This document shows, one piece after another, positions 1 to 7,508 of a stretch of DNA of 50,709 bases. Source of the DNA: Escherichia phage vojen. How positions within the stretch are numbered: the stretch's first letter is position 1; each line of letters opens with the position of its first letter. Where the stretch lies: sequence record NC_049824.1; one strand, given 5' to 3'. The notes below the pieces were generated by a model, which made no database searches, had not been told where the DNA came from, and was given only the letters and a program-made list of their open reading frames with translations. A program made the position numbers and the translations under genes.

Positions 1-15
1 AACAAAAAGTGCTAT
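1..15 (-). promoter_or_regulatory. Conserved intergenic element copy, truncated at window edge (same copy as 50691-50709 if circular)
   Basis: Plus strand reads AACAAAAAGTGCTAT; the minus-strand reading ATAGCAC... directly abuts the TAA stop of gene 16..282. Confidence 0.4.
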
Positions 16-282
16 TTAGTCCAGGAATTCGATTTCACGTTCTCCAGTTAACGGATCTACAAGCCAGAATCCGAGCGGTTCACCGTAAACACCGCCATAG
101 AATCCAAGCGCCGCCAGATCTTCACCTTTAACGAATGCAAGGTTTCCGCTACGGCTTACGTGAGACACGTTAACGATAACCGGAAAGGTGCGATCCTTAA
201 ACGCAGGCCGCAGGGCGTAACATCCGTTATTGAGTAAACGGGCCTTGCGCTTAACTGGAATAGGTGCATTGATTCGCGCCAT
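16..282 (-). CDS. hypothetical protein (88 aa)
   Basis: ORF with GAGGAGA RBS upstream of ATG at 282; last gene of a tightly packed minus-strand cluster. Confidence 0.6.
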   Translation of the reverse strand: MARINAPIPVKRKARLLNNGCYALRPAFKDRTFPVIVNVSHVSRSGNLAFVKGEDLAALGFYGGVYGEPLGFWLVDPLTGEREIEFLD

Positions 283-294
283 TTTTATTTCTCC

Positions 295-570
295 TCATTC
301 ATCATCTTCAAGCGGATCGTAATCATCAACCCCAAAATCAAGCGGGGCATAGTTATCAACCTCAAAGTCAATACATCTTGCCTGTTCATCACAGTTAGAT
401 GTTTCAATCAAATATTCACCGTAATGATCTGGATCATCAACCCTGGTAACAATGACGCGCGTCATGTGTCGCCCGCATCCGTAACGATCTGCAAGGTGAT
501 CTCGCTGTACTCTAAATCCGTTTTTATATGCGCGCTCAAGTGCGTTGCGTAATTCTTCGTGCTTAACCAT
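295..570 (-). CDS. hypothetical protein with acidic C-terminus (91 aa)
   Basis: Start moved to internal ATG (MVKHEEL) preceded by GGAGG; ATG overlaps stop of upstream gene; C-terminal DDYDPLEDDE tail. Confidence 0.5.
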   Translation of the reverse strand: MVKHEELRNALERAYKNGFRVQRDHLADRYGCGRHMTRVIVTRVDDPDHYGEYLIETSNCDEQARCIDFEVDNYAPLDFGVDDYDPLEDDE

Positions 571-802
571 GTTTAACGGCCTCCAGAACATCACAGGACT
601 CGTTAATGAATTTAGCCATGCGCTTATCATCACCAACAGGTATTAGCGCGTTAAACTCGCGTTTGCTACTGAATACCGTCACTTTATGAAACGATGCGAA
701 CGGCATCGACGGGAACTCTACTGTTTGCGTAAAGATCCGCAACCCCATCTTTTTGGCCCTTACCTGGGCCTCTGCAAGTTCAAAATCCACTTCGCTAATC
801 AT
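563..802 (-). CDS. hypothetical protein (79 aa)
   Basis: ORF with ATGA start/stop overlap with 799..1071. Confidence 0.5.
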   Translation of the reverse strand: MISEVDFELAEAQVRAKKMGLRIFTQTVEFPSMPFASFHKVTVFSSKREFNALIPVGDDKRMAKFINESCDVLEAVKHG

Positions 803-1071
803 TTCTTGATCTCCTCAGCGATAAACTTCAATACCTTGCGCAGAGACACTTCATCATAGATTGTCGCTGGTAGTTCTTCCTTCACTTCTTGCGGCAGGTA
901 AATATTGCCGTGCCAGGTTAAGCAATCGTAGTTGATGCGGTAAGAGCAAAGCCACTCGCAATCGTTATCCGCCTCCCAAATGCAAAGTTGCATGACGTCG
1001 CCAAAATCTTCAACAGTCAGTTCCAGACCATGACGCTTAGCAAAGTTGAAAGTGGTTTTGCTGATGTTCAT
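799..1071 (-). CDS. hypothetical protein (90 aa)
   Basis: ORF with AGGAG RBS upstream of ATG at 1071; first gene of the minus-strand cluster. Confidence 0.6.
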   Translation of the reverse strand: MNISKTTFNFAKRHGLELTVEDFGDVMQLCIWEADNDCEWLCSYRINYDCLTWHGNIYLPQEVKEELPATIYDEVSLRKVLKFIAEEIKK

Positions 1072-1134
1072 CTTACCGTCTCCTGATTGGTGTCTCGTTT
1101 CGATGCGTGTAATGTACCCGATCAGGCTGATTCA

Positions 1135-1154
1135 GTTTTAACAAAAAGTGCTAT
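1135..1154 (-). promoter_or_regulatory. Conserved 20-bp element (minus-strand reading ATAGCACTTTTTGTTAAAAC)
   Basis: Exact match to the dispersed motif; lies upstream of minus-strand gene 799..1071; TACATT -10-like hexamer about 18 bp further on. Confidence 0.55.
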
Positions 1155-1440
1155 TTATCAACTGGCGATTATTCCATCTATTCCATTAATCAGGAATAAC
1201 AGGAATAACTCATTCGAGATCACATGGATTGTGAGATCTTGAGTTTGATCAATTTTAATCAGGTGATTAACTTTTTGTGTGGAGGGGATAGAGAAACTCG
1301 GTCCTCTTGCATCCTTTCCGGCAATCCTGGAGGGCGCAACTGTTGTCTTCTGTTATCGCTGTTATGCGTGTTATTCCGGCGTGGAATCGCATAACAAAAA
1401 ATAACAAGAAAAATCCATATAACATACTAAAAAATAAGGA

Positions 1441-1580
1441 TTATTTATTTATATGTATCTATAAATTATTATCTGTTATGTGTGTTATGTGGTTATATTG
1501 ATACCTGGTGTGTTTTTGGTGGTTGTGTGTGGTTGTGTATTGGTTGGTGTGTATATATGTGGGCGGGGGCGTATCCGCGC
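1441..1580. repeat. GT-rich low-complexity element, copy A
   Basis: AT-rich tract followed by (TG)n-like runs (ggttgtgtgtggttgtgt...) and a GC clamp; similar in order and sequence to 30921-31045. Confidence 0.5.
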
Positions 1581-1690
1581 ATTTTTAGATAACACGCAAA
1601 AACAACATTGATTTATAAGAAAAAAAACGAGAATCTTGTTATTTTCTGAAAAGATAACATCGGAAAACCGCCAGTAACAATAAAAAACAG

Positions 1691-1720
1691 TTGACACACC
1701 AGGTGACGGTAAATGATAAT
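1691..1720 (+). promoter_or_regulatory. Sigma70-like promoter for the plus-strand early block
   Basis: TTGACA (1691-1696), 18-bp spacer, GATAAT (1715-1720), about 30 bp upstream of the first early gene. Confidence 0.55.
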
Positions 1721-1751
1721 GCAGTCACTGAGTCACGAGGAGGTATAAAGC

Positions 1752-2222
1752 ATGAGTGAATCTGTATTTGCAAATGAGCTTCGCAAGGTTGCGATTGCGC
1801 TCGCGTCTGGATTGCACGAATCGATCCAGATACCTGAAAGATGGGTAAGGCAGCACCTGGAGGGCAAGAAGTCAGCCAGCAATGCTGGATCATATATCCG
1901 TCAGATTATGGGGCGCGTTCCAGAAGTGGCGGAGAAGGGGAGAGTTTCAGTCTCAAAGAAACCTTACGGCCCTGATAGCGAATATTTCGGAGAAAATTAC
2001 TTTGATGTGGCGATTGTTAGTGCGCCGAATCGCAGGGTATACAACAAGGCCGCGCTTGAGAAGGCTGTAGCGAAAGCAAAACGCCAGGTTGCTGAGTCGA
2101 TGCTTAAAGTCTCACCAAACCTAGCGAACTACTCGCCAGATGAATATGAAACACTTGCTAAGGCGATCGCAGACTTTCACGCGATCATTAAAGAAACATA
2201 TCTTAACAATGAGGAGCAATAA
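1752..2222 (+). CDS. hypothetical early protein (156 aa)
   Basis: ORF with GAGGAGG RBS; first gene after the promoter. Confidence 0.65.
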   Translation: MSESVFANELRKVAIALASGLHESIQIPERWVRQHLEGKKSASNAGSYIRQIMGRVPEVAEKGRVSVSKKPYGPDSEYFGENYFDVAIVSAPNRRVYNKAALEKAVAKAKRQVAESMLKVSPNLANYSPDEYETLAKAIADFHAIIKETYLNNEEQ

Positions 2223-2471
2223 ATGAGCAAACTTACTCTTGATGAACTGATGGAAAAAATTGATGAAGTTGGCTTTAACAAACTGGTTGATTTCCATTTG
2301 ACCGCATGTGAAATCACCGCGCAGGAGTTTAGCGACATGCTATCTGATGCGAGCGAGATTTACACAAGCCTATGCGGAAGAGAAATCAAAGTCATTGAAA
2401 TTGAAATGCCTGGAGATCCGGTATTTGCAAGGCTTGCGGCTGCATTCGATGAGGAGAATGTTGGACTCTGA
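2223..2471 (+). CDS. small acidic protein (82 aa)
   Basis: ORF with GAGGAG RBS; strongly D/E-rich with few basic residues. Confidence 0.6.
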   Translation: MSKLTLDELMEKIDEVGFNKLVDFHLTACEITAQEFSDMLSDASEIYTSLCGREIKVIEIEMPGDPVFARLAAAFDEENVGL

Positions 2472-2477
2472 GCGGAA

Positions 2478-2497
2478 ATAGCACTTTTTGTTAAAAC
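2478..2497 (+). promoter_or_regulatory. Conserved 20-bp element ATAGCACTTTTTGTTAAAAC
   Basis: Exact motif; followed by inverted repeat CCAGG...CCTGG and CATAAT at an 18-bp gap. Confidence 0.55.
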
Positions 2498-2553
2498 GCC
2501 AGGTGCGAATCCTGGCATAATAGCCTCATCGAAACGAGATTGAGGAAAACAAA

Positions 2554-2739
2554 ATGGCACGTCGCATCACCAAAGACCTTAAAGTTCTGAACAAAGAAAA
2601 CGTAGTTAAAATCCTGGTTATCTGGGGATACAACGAAGAAGCAGCAAAGCAGAAGGTAGAAGCAGGTTATGAGCTGGCTGTAAAAGCAATGCCAAACGAC
2701 GACGCAAAAGGTATTGCAAACTATGTAGCTTTCTTTTAA
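2554..2739 (+). CDS. hypothetical protein (61 aa)
   Basis: ORF with GAGGAAAA RBS. Confidence 0.5.
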   Translation: MARRITKDLKVLNKENVVKILVIWGYNEEAAKQKVEAGYELAVKAMPNDDAKGIANYVAFF

Positions 2740-2754
2740 TTATCAGGTGAATAA

Positions 2755-2940
2755 ATGAAAACGAAATTAGTCCATAAATCAGAAATCAAGATCGGCGATA
2801 CTGTGATTCACAACGGTGAGCTTAGAACTGTTGGCAAAGAGTCAATAAGCCACGATGAATTTATGGGGATCTTGTTGTTCGGTGACTCTTATCGTCTTGG
2901 TTATAAAATGGTTGAGCTTGTGGAAGAGGTAAAATTCTAA
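2755..2940 (+). CDS. hypothetical protein (61 aa)
   Basis: ORF; its TAA stop abuts the next motif copy. Confidence 0.5.
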   Translation: MKTKLVHKSEIKIGDTVIHNGELRTVGKESISHDEFMGILLFGDSYRLGYKMVELVEEVKF

Positions 2941-2960
2941 ATAGCACTTTTTGTTAAAAC
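2941..2960 (+). promoter_or_regulatory. Conserved 20-bp element ATAGCACTTTTTGTTAAAAC
   Basis: Exact motif directly after the stop codon; AATAAT at an 18-bp gap. Confidence 0.55.
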
Positions 2961-3038
2961 TCAAAAACGATAACCAGGAATAATAAATCACATAGGGCGG
3001 CACGGCGTCGCCCGCAAAACCAATCAGGAGAAATCACC

Positions 3039-3971
3039 ATGTTAAAACTTGCTGACATTAAATTCCCGATCACCTTCGAATCTCGCGGCGTTGGTCATTT
3101 CATGTTTACCGACGAGAATACATGCACTAAGTTTAACGAATACGGAAGTCCAAACGCTTCAACAATGGAGATTGAACACTTCATTGAAGCGCACAATAAA
3201 CACTACAACTCACTTCGCGACTACGGCTATGCAATGCCAGGATACACCTGTTTTCACTACAAGCCATATAAAGGCCAGGTGTTACCAATGCGCGCACAGG
3301 ACATTGCGAGCGCTGCGACTTATGCGCGGGCAATTCACGCGCCAGAGAATGCAGAGCCACTAGTAAAAATGCACGCCTGCGACTACAAAAAATTGTGGTG
3401 CTTAAGCGTGGATAACATCAAGTATCCGATCGTATTCCGCACGGTTGGTAACTCAACGATTCGCTATACGTCACCAGACAACGGCGTTTATAGCGATGGT
3501 CAGAAATCAGAGTTGAAAGTTGATTTCTTTGTCAACGCTCATAACAAATTCAATCCACACAATGAAGAAGATAAGGTGTACTACGTGGAAGACATTACAA
3601 AACACTTGTTTGGAGAAACACCATTCGGCGGCGGAAAGACGTCAATTCAAGAAATCATTGGCGAGGAGATCCACAAGGCAGCCGTTGAAATGAAAGCGCC
3701 TGGAGGCTGGCGTATTGATAAGAGCGCCTTTGCCAATCAAGAAATCGTAACGCAGGGCGCCATTGAAGATATGCCAGTTGCCGCCACACTAAAAGGCGTT
3801 CAGCTTGATGATGGTATGTGGTTTGAAGTAACGGCAAAGCCAAAGACGATCGAGATTCATGATGATGTTGTTATTCTTCTGCTTCATTACGGTAGCGCAA
3901 AAAACCGTACCGTTGCGGGTGAGATTAGCATCAAGCGCGGAACGATGGTTAAGTGGAAGGTTAAGGTGTAA
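3039..3971 (+). CDS. hypothetical early protein (310 aa)
   Basis: Long ORF with AGGAGA RBS; no motif I can recognise. Confidence 0.65.
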   Translation: MLKLADIKFPITFESRGVGHFMFTDENTCTKFNEYGSPNASTMEIEHFIEAHNKHYNSLRDYGYAMPGYTCFHYKPYKGQVLPMRAQDIASAATYARAIHAPENAEPLVKMHACDYKKLWCLSVDNIKYPIVFRTVGNSTIRYTSPDNGVYSDGQKSELKVDFFVNAHNKFNPHNEEDKVYYVEDITKHLFGETPFGGGKTSIQEIIGEEIHKAAVEMKAPGGWRIDKSAFANQEIVTQGAIEDMPVAATLKGVQLDDGMWFEVTAKPKTIEIHDDVVILLLHYGSAKNRTVAGEISIKRGTMVKWKVKV

Positions 3972-3991
3972 ATAGCACTAATTGTTAAAAC
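3972..3991 (+). promoter_or_regulatory. Conserved element, variant ATAGCACTAATTGTTAAAAC
   Basis: Variant motif; TATAAT (4009-4014) sits inside a GGCC...GGCC dyad at a 17-bp gap. Confidence 0.5.
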
Positions 3992-4044
3992 TCAAATGTG
4001 GGGCCAAGTATAATGGCCTCACTTTCAACGAAGGAGATAAAACG

Positions 4045-4275
4045 ATGTACATTAACAAGAAGATGAAATGCATTTCCGTTAACTATGGTTGCTCTGGCAT
4101 GTTCAAGCCTGGCGAAATCTATATGGCGCAAAAGTTGAAATCATCAACCGGATCTTTTTACGTGAGAAATAGTAAGGGGCATCGCATGTTCCTGAACGGT
4201 GGTGAAGGCACTAAGGTTATGGCACACGCTATGGTAATTGCTGAATTTGAAGAGGTGAAAGATGGAAACAAATAA
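4045..4275 (+). CDS. hypothetical protein (76 aa)
   Basis: Start moved from the ORF-track TTG at 3982 (inside the motif) to ATG with AAGGAG RBS. Confidence 0.5.
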   Translation: MYINKKMKCISVNYGCSGMFKPGEIYMAQKLKSSTGSFYVRNSKGHRMFLNGGEGTKVMAHAMVIAEFEEVKDGNK

Positions 4276-4483
4276 GCGCGTTAAGCACAAGTTTATTGAT
4301 AATCATGGCGACGCGATTGATGTATACAAGTTCGGCGATCGAGTGTTTATTGATGGAACGTTTGAAGGTGGTCGCAGGCCGGATTTTAGGTCGATACTCA
4401 CCGTTGACCAGGTGCGCAAGCTGGCTGATAAGTTAAATGATCTGGCAGATGAAATCGAATACAAGCAAATCCATTTTAATTGA
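4262..4483 (+). CDS. hypothetical protein (73 aa)
   Basis: ORF overlapping the upstream gene end. Confidence 0.5.
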   Translation: METNKRVKHKFIDNHGDAIDVYKFGDRVFIDGTFEGGRRPDFRSILTVDQVRKLADKLNDLADEIEYKQIHFN

Positions 4484-5034
4484 TAGTTTTGATAATGAAA
4501 AAATACGAATTTGAACTTTGGGGAAGCAAATACCATTTTTCCACGAGCAAGCCGATTGTTGTAGTTGACCTTGACGGCACGTTATCCGATGGAACGCATC
4601 GCTTGCACCTGCTGCCGACAGAAGATTTGCACCTTACAGAAAGCTGGTCTGAGTTCAATAAGGCGGCTGTTGGAGATTCGCCGATTAAGAGCACGGTTGC
4701 AGTGGTTAACGGATTGTGGATGTCAGGATTTGCAATCGTTATCCTGACAGGGCGCAGCGATGAGGTGATGGCTGACACCTGCGACTGGTTAAATTATAAC
4801 GGCATCAAGTACGACGCGTTAATCATGCGCCGCAAGGAAGATAATCGAAAAGACACGATCATCAAAGAGGAAGTCTTGCGAGCTATCGGACTGGAAAACA
4901 TTGTGTGCGCTTTTGATGATTCGCCGAACGTGGTTAAGCACTTCCGCAGCCTGGGAATCACAACCTATCAGGTCACGGAATACGACAAGCCACATAATCA
5001 TATCAAATCGCATGGCGTGGAGGAATTGAAATGA
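4480..5034 (+). CDS. HAD-superfamily phosphatase (polynucleotide 3'-phosphatase / nucleotidase-like)
   Basis: VVVDLDGTL motif (HAD motif I, DxDGT) near the N-terminus; later Asp-rich motifs. Confidence 0.6.
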   Translation: MIVLIMKKYEFELWGSKYHFSTSKPIVVVDLDGTLSDGTHRLHLLPTEDLHLTESWSEFNKAAVGDSPIKSTVAVVNGLWMSGFAIVILTGRSDEVMADTCDWLNYNGIKYDALIMRRKEDNRKDTIIKEEVLRAIGLENIVCAFDDSPNVVKHFRSLGITTYQVTEYDKPHNHIKSHGVEELK

Positions 5035-5192
5035 CCTGGTTACTTTTAATCTTTGTCACAAGTTACAATTCCGCCGCTATTGAATCGCAAGAGTTCCACG
5101 GCGAATCAAGATGCCAGGAAGCACGAAAACAAGTTGTTCTCCACATGTCAGATAGTGGGAAAGATGTAACAGCGCTATGCGTTCGTAAATAG
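5031..5192 (+). CDS. small hypothetical protein with hydrophobic N-terminus (53 aa)
   Basis: ATGA overlap with the upstream stop; GGAGGAA RBS; TAG stop lies inside the next motif copy. Confidence 0.3.
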   Translation: MTWLLLIFVTSYNSAAIESQEFHGESRCQEARKQVVLHMSDSGKDVTALCVRK

Positions 5193-5208
5193 CACTTTTT
5201 GCAAAAAC
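5189..5208 (+). promoter_or_regulatory. Conserved element, variant ATAGCACTTTTTGCAAAAAC
   Basis: Variant motif; TATAGT at an 18-bp gap inside a GGGCTT...AAGCCC dyad. Confidence 0.5.
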
Positions 5209-5263
5209 ACATTATCGGGCTTGCGGTATAGTAAGCCCATCGACAACAAGCGAGGATTAAATC

Positions 5264-5527
5264 ATGGTTAATAAAGTTGAGTTTTTCAAAGCGGTGGACG
5301 TTATTGATGGTGCGCCTATCTTCTTTGCTATCCATTCTATTGACGGCGAGGATATTGGGTACAATGTTATCCGTCGAGATGGAATCTCAAAACTTAGCGA
5401 TCTTGTGAGTGTTATTGTGGCAAACGGAAAATGTGTATGGCACGATTCGCCACGAGAGCCGCGCCGCCGCGACATGCAAAATCCAGTTCTGCTTTACACG
5501 CTGGTAATTGAAGGAGTCAACAAATGA
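5264..5527 (+). CDS. hypothetical protein (87 aa)
   Basis: ORF with GAGGA RBS. Confidence 0.55.
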   Translation: MVNKVEFFKAVDVIDGAPIFFAIHSIDGEDIGYNVIRRDGISKLSDLVSVIVANGKCVWHDSPREPRRRDMQNPVLLYTLVIEGVNK

Positions 5528-5709
5528 TTTGGTTACTTGTATTTTTAGTGGTTTTCTTTTATATTTCAGGCTTATTCATCTTCCGCGCGCTGGTGAAAAC
5601 ATGCGATTGCACGGATAAAGATCAGCCTCTTGTTCTGATGTTCTGGTTTGTGTGGTTTTGGGTGGCGCTTTACCAGATTGTACGGGATGAAAGCGGCTTT
5701 AAGTGGTGA
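5524..5709 (+). CDS. small membrane protein (61 aa, two hydrophobic segments)
   Basis: ATGA overlap with upstream gene; hydrophobic stretches LLVFLVVFFYISGLFIF and LVLMFWFVWFWVALY. Confidence 0.5.
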   Translation: MIWLLVFLVVFFYISGLFIFRALVKTCDCTDKDQPLVLMFWFVWFWVALYQIVRDESGFKW

Positions 5710-5903
5710 TTCTTACTATAGCGCATTCATGCAGTGCGCTATGTTTAGATAACAACATGAGATCATGAAGATGCGAAACTTCGAAAAAATCGTATCCAAA
5801 AAGAAGCGATACAGCTACCACGAGCACCAAGAGATGAATCAACGCTATCGCAATAAGCGCCAGCGCAAAGGTAAACATTTCAGTAAACATGGAGAAAATC
5901 AAT

Positions 5904-6494
5904 ATGAAACGCGACATTATCATCCTTAACGGACCGCCAGGGGTTGGCAAAGGCACGCTTGCAGCATACTTAACGGGCCATCGTTACGCAGCCGTTAAAG
6001 CGTCGTTTAAACAGCCTATGTTTGATATTGCATTCTCCATGCTTGGCGTTTACCGATATGACGAATTCATTGATCTGTATAACGACCTCGAGCAGAAAGA
6101 AAAGCCTCAAGCAATCTTGCAAGGCAAGTCGCCTCGCCAGTTCATGATCTGGATTAGCGAAGAAGTTATGAAGCCAGCTTTTGGCGAGCAATATTTCGGA
6201 AATCGCATGGTTGAGCAAGTACACGAGATGTACAGAGATTTAGCTGTTGTAATTAGTGACGGCAGATTCCCTGAAGAAATCAAGCCGCTAGTTAAGGCAG
6301 GCCATGAAGTGCACATTTGCCGACTGCATCGCGAAGGCTTCACGTTTGATGGTGATTCACGAAACTATATTGACCTGAGCGGATACCATCACCGCGTAAA
6401 ACATTACGACTTCACAATGATTGATGGCGATCCAGAAAAGACTGTTGACGAGATCATCAAAACGGTCCAGTGGAAACACATTAAGATCAAATAG
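5904..6494 (+). CDS. P-loop nucleotide/polynucleotide kinase
   Basis: GPPGVGKGT Walker A close to the start; start moved to ATG with GGAG RBS; TAG stop lies inside the next motif copy. Confidence 0.55.
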   Translation: MKRDIIILNGPPGVGKGTLAAYLTGHRYAAVKASFKQPMFDIAFSMLGVYRYDEFIDLYNDLEQKEKPQAILQGKSPRQFMIWISEEVMKPAFGEQYFGNRMVEQVHEMYRDLAVVISDGRFPEEIKPLVKAGHEVHICRLHREGFTFDGDSRNYIDLSGYHHRVKHYDFTMIDGDPEKTVDEIIKTVQWKHIKIK

Positions 6495-6510
6495 CACGAA
6501 TTGCTAAAAG
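6491..6510 (+). promoter_or_regulatory. Conserved element, variant ATAGCACGAATTGCTAAAAG
   Basis: Variant motif overlapping the kinase stop; TATAAT (6529-6534) at an 18-bp gap after an imperfect dyad. Confidence 0.45.
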
Positions 6511-6564
6511 CGGGGCGCAATGCCTCGCTATAATGCAAACACCAATCAAAGAGAGGACTTGAAC

Positions 6565-6969
6565 ATGTTAGAGCTTAACGACATTCGCGTAGGCACAAAA
6601 TTTCGCGTAACCTGGGTATATGATGAGCGATGCGGCATTCGTAAAGGTGAGATTGTAACTGCTTCCGATCGCTATATCGGATCGTTAAAAGAGTTTAACC
6701 GACCACGCATCAAGAATGGCTATATCATTACTCGGCGACTTGGCTTTGATCATTATTGCGTAGTGGCAACTCAAGGCGTTTTGATTGAGCTTAAGCGAAT
6801 CAGCGATCATCGCGGATGCCATGTTAAGACAATGAAAACACCATTTCAGCGAGCGCGATACGATGCGCGACGTATGCGCCGACTTGCGCGTAATGCGATC
6901 AAGTTCAAAAAGCCTGATAATGTTCTTTACGGCATGTACAAGGGGATTGCGCGAAATGCTGGGAAATAA
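6565..6969 (+). CDS. hypothetical protein (134 aa)
   Basis: Start moved to ATG with AGAGAGGA RBS, downstream of the -10-like hexamer. Confidence 0.5.
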   Translation: MLELNDIRVGTKFRVTWVYDERCGIRKGEIVTASDRYIGSLKEFNRPRIKNGYIITRRLGFDHYCVVATQGVLIELKRISDHRGCHVKTMKTPFQRARYDARRMRRLARNAIKFKKPDNVLYGMYKGIARNAGK

Positions 6970-7068
6970 CAACAACGCAACAAATCCAAAGCCGCCATTT
7001 GATTTTCATGAAATCATGATTGTGTTATTCTTGATTCTCTTAGTTATTTATTCAGTGAGGGCCGCACT

Positions 7069-7332
7069 ATGGTTTTTAACGCATTAAAACGAATCTTTAA
7101 ACCTGAATACCGGATCGTTGCTTGCACAGAATGCAAGATTTATTACCTGCAACGCCGCCGCGTTATTAGTGGCGATTGGGAATATCTGACGGATGATGCT
7201 TTCGGCTTTTGGGCTATGGAGTTCAATAGCTACAGTGAAGCGCGTGAGTACGCTAAAAAGTTGCACAAGTTCCGACCTTACAAGCTGCGTTTGCTGGTTG
7301 TTAAAAAATGCGATGTGTGGGATCACGTATGA
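7069..7332 (+). CDS. hypothetical protein (87 aa)
   Basis: ORF with GAGGG RBS. Confidence 0.5.
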   Translation: MVFNALKRIFKPEYRIVACTECKIYYLQRRRVISGDWEYLTDDAFGFWAMEFNSYSEAREYAKKLHKFRPYKLRLLVVKKCDVWDHV

Positions 7333-7508
7333 AAAGAGTAATTATCATTTTTATTGCCCTTATCGCTGGTTGCTACCTGGCTTATAATTATAGCGGCATT
7401 GTTGAGTCAATCGGCGGGTTGATTATCTTCATGGCTGGCGGGTATGCTGGCTATTGTGATGGATTCGAAAACGGAAAGCGTTACATGCTGACCGGAAAAA
7501 AGAAGTAA
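7329..7508 (+). CDS. small membrane protein / possible lipoprotein (59 aa)
   Basis: ATGA overlap with upstream stop; N-terminal hydrophobic segment with lipobox-like LIAGC. Confidence 0.4.
   Translation: MKRVIIIFIALIAGCYLAYNYSGIVESIGGLIIFMAGGYAGYCDGFENGKRYMLTGKKK

Noticed and set aside
1470-1500. DnaA boxes in the GT-rich tract (TGTGGTTAT)
   Set aside because: Best match is 7 of 9 to the DnaA box consensus and is not repeated with proper spacing; insufficient to call an origin with DnaA boxes.
1307-1893. ORFs 1307..1501 (+), 1485..1697 (-) and 1639..1893 (-) inside the divergent control region
   Set aside because: They lie in low-complexity AT- and GT-rich sequence, lack ribosome-binding sites, overlap the predicted promoter and the first early gene, and translate to low-complexity peptides; treated as non-coding.
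2478-2521. Conserved element plus dyad as a sense-strand intrinsic terminator
   Set aside because: In the sense direction the T-run precedes rather than follows the hairpin and the hairpin is followed by CATAAT, so it does not fit a rho-independent terminator; the antisense-terminator alternative is kept as a hypothesis in the findings.
3982-4044. ORF-track starts at non-ATG codons inside the conserved element (3982, 39454, 6520) and similar upstream extensions (23476, 9917, 15882, 18170, 37930)
   Set aside because: These starts fall inside the motif or before the -10-like hexamer, or lack an RBS; downstream in-frame ATGs with Shine-Dalgarno sequences were used instead.
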